Assembly (NCBI RefSeq): GCF_902713615.1
Contig: NC_052161.1
Coordinates: 21,532,388 to 21,596,387, forward strand
Reading direction: 5' to 3'
Length of the DNA stretch: 64,000 nucleotides
Source of the DNA: Scyliorhinus canicula
Taxonomy: Eukaryota
The notes beneath the pieces were generated by a model that was not told the origin of the DNA, made no database searches, and saw only the letters and a program-made list of their open reading frames with translations. A program made the position numbers and the translations under genes. Below are positions 62,470 through 64,000 of the stretch, piece by piece. Every line of letters begins with the position of its first letter. The first letter of the stretch is position 1.

Positions 62470-64000
62470 CACTTTGAAAATCCTTTACCTGAGCAGGAGA
62501 GAGAGGAGTCAAGGGAGGTCTTCTCGTCAGCATCCAAAGGGATAGTTAGAATCTAACAATAGACTGAAGACTGGCGAGGAGGAAAGTTGCAGGGGCAAAT
62601 TGACAATGGGGAGGGTCAACTGCGTAGGGCAAGAATGGTGCAATACGAGTATGGGGAGAAGGCGGGCTGCATGCTGGCGCACCAGCTGCAGAGGCAGGCT
62701 GTGTCCAGGGAAATATTGAAGATCCGGACTGGGGCTGAGGATGTGGTGTCAGAGCCAGGGAAGATAAATGAGGCATTTCGGGAGTACTACCAGGGATTTT
62801 ACGAGGCGGACCCGGGGGGAGAGGAGGGGGACATGGGGCAGTTTTTGGATGAGCTGGAATTTGCCCATGTGGAGGAAGCAAAGAGGCAGGTGTTGGAGGA
62901 GCCCCTGGGGCTGAGGGAGGTGCTGGGTAGTATTAGGGATATGAAGCAGGGGAAGGCCCCTGGGCCGGATGGGTACCCGGCGGAATTTTACAAGCAATTC
63001 GCGAAGGACCTGGCACCACATCTGTTGGGAACGTTTAATGAAGCACTGGAGGAAGGGGGAATTGCCAGAGACGATGACAAAGACAGTAACCGTACTAATC
63101 CCGCAAAAGTGGAAGGAGCCAGCGGAATGTGGGTCATATAGACCCAAAACACTATTGAACATGAATGTGAAAGTATTGGCTAAGTTGTTGGCGGGGAGGA
63201 TGGAGGATTGTGTCCCGGGGGTGGTTGCAGAAGATCAAACAGGCTTCGTGAAGGGCAGGCAGCTCGCGAGTAATATAAGATGACTGTTGAATGTGGTGAT
63301 GAATCCGCCGGGGGCTCTGGTACCGGAGGTGGTGGTGTCCATGGACACGGAGAAAGCATTTGATCGGGTGGAGTGGCGGTACTTGTTTGAGGTTTTGGGA
63401 AGGTTTGGGTTTGGGCCTAGATTTGTGACATGGATGTGGTTGCTGTATGTGGCAGAAAGGGTGAGGGTTTGGACAAATGATATGAGCTCACAAAGCTTTG
63501 ACTTACACAGGGGTACACAGGGGTACCCGCTGTCGCTGCTGCTGTTTGCGCTGGCCATAGAGCCATTGGCGATGGCTCTCAGGGGATCGGCGGAGTGGCG
63601 GGGGATTATGAGAGGACAGAAGAAGCATCGGGTGTCGCTCTATGCCGATGACCTCTTGCTGTATGTTTTGGATCCTTTGGACTGTATGGGAAGGATTATG
63701 GGCCTGTTGGGGAGGTTTGGAGGGTTCTCTGAATGTAGGGAAAAAAAGGGTATTCCCGGTGAACTGGGACAGTGGGCTAATTTAGGAGGGATGCCATTTA
63801 CAGTAGCGAGGGATAGGTTTAGGTATTTGGGGATTCAGGTAGCGAGGGAATGTATAGGGCTCTATAAGTGGAACTTAATGAAGCTGGTGGAGGAGGCCAG
63901 GGAGGATCTTAAGAGGTGGGATACACTGCACTTAATGTTGGCGGGGAGGGTCCAAGCGGTGAAAATGAATATTCTGCCGAGGTTCTTGTGTATCTTTCAG
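62470..64000 (+). mobile_element. L1-clade LINE ORF2 fragment (RT), runs off the right edge
   Basis: YGEKAG, GKAPGPDGYPAEFYK, SYRP..LLN, DQTGFVKGRQ, EKAFDRVEW and VSLYADD, with frameshifts. Confidence 0.92.

Overview
Eukaryotic, repeat-rich vertebrate DNA. The SINE, CR1 and Penelope repertoire suggests a cartilaginous fish, probably a shark (inference). The left half holds the 5' part of the vesicular monoamine transporter 2 gene (SLC18A2/VMAT2) on the minus strand: 11 coding exons with GT-AG sites and consistent phases (29862 down to 577), a probable non-coding first exon and a CRE/GATA/CCAAT promoter. The last exons lie beyond the left edge. The rest is nested mobile DNA: CR1, L2 and L1 LINEs, V-SINEs, a Deu-SINE, Harbinger elements and MITEs, Penelope-like termini with hammerhead ribozyme motifs, solo LTRs and a full-length Gypsy element. 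Three items stand out. (1) A fossil R2-A-type retrotransposon, largely invisible in the ORF track, sits outside rDNA about 1.5 kb upstream of SLC18A2. It keeps an HDV-like ribozyme core, zinc fingers, a Myb domain and the start of the RT, split by three younger insertions. (2) The Gypsy element has no tRNA PBS; the PBS position is instead complementary to its own LTR. Its gag carries a 1.4-kb stop-free minisatellite. (3) Intact minimal hammerhead motifs lie on the sense strand of SLC18A2 introns. Family assignments come from motif recognition, not database searches.
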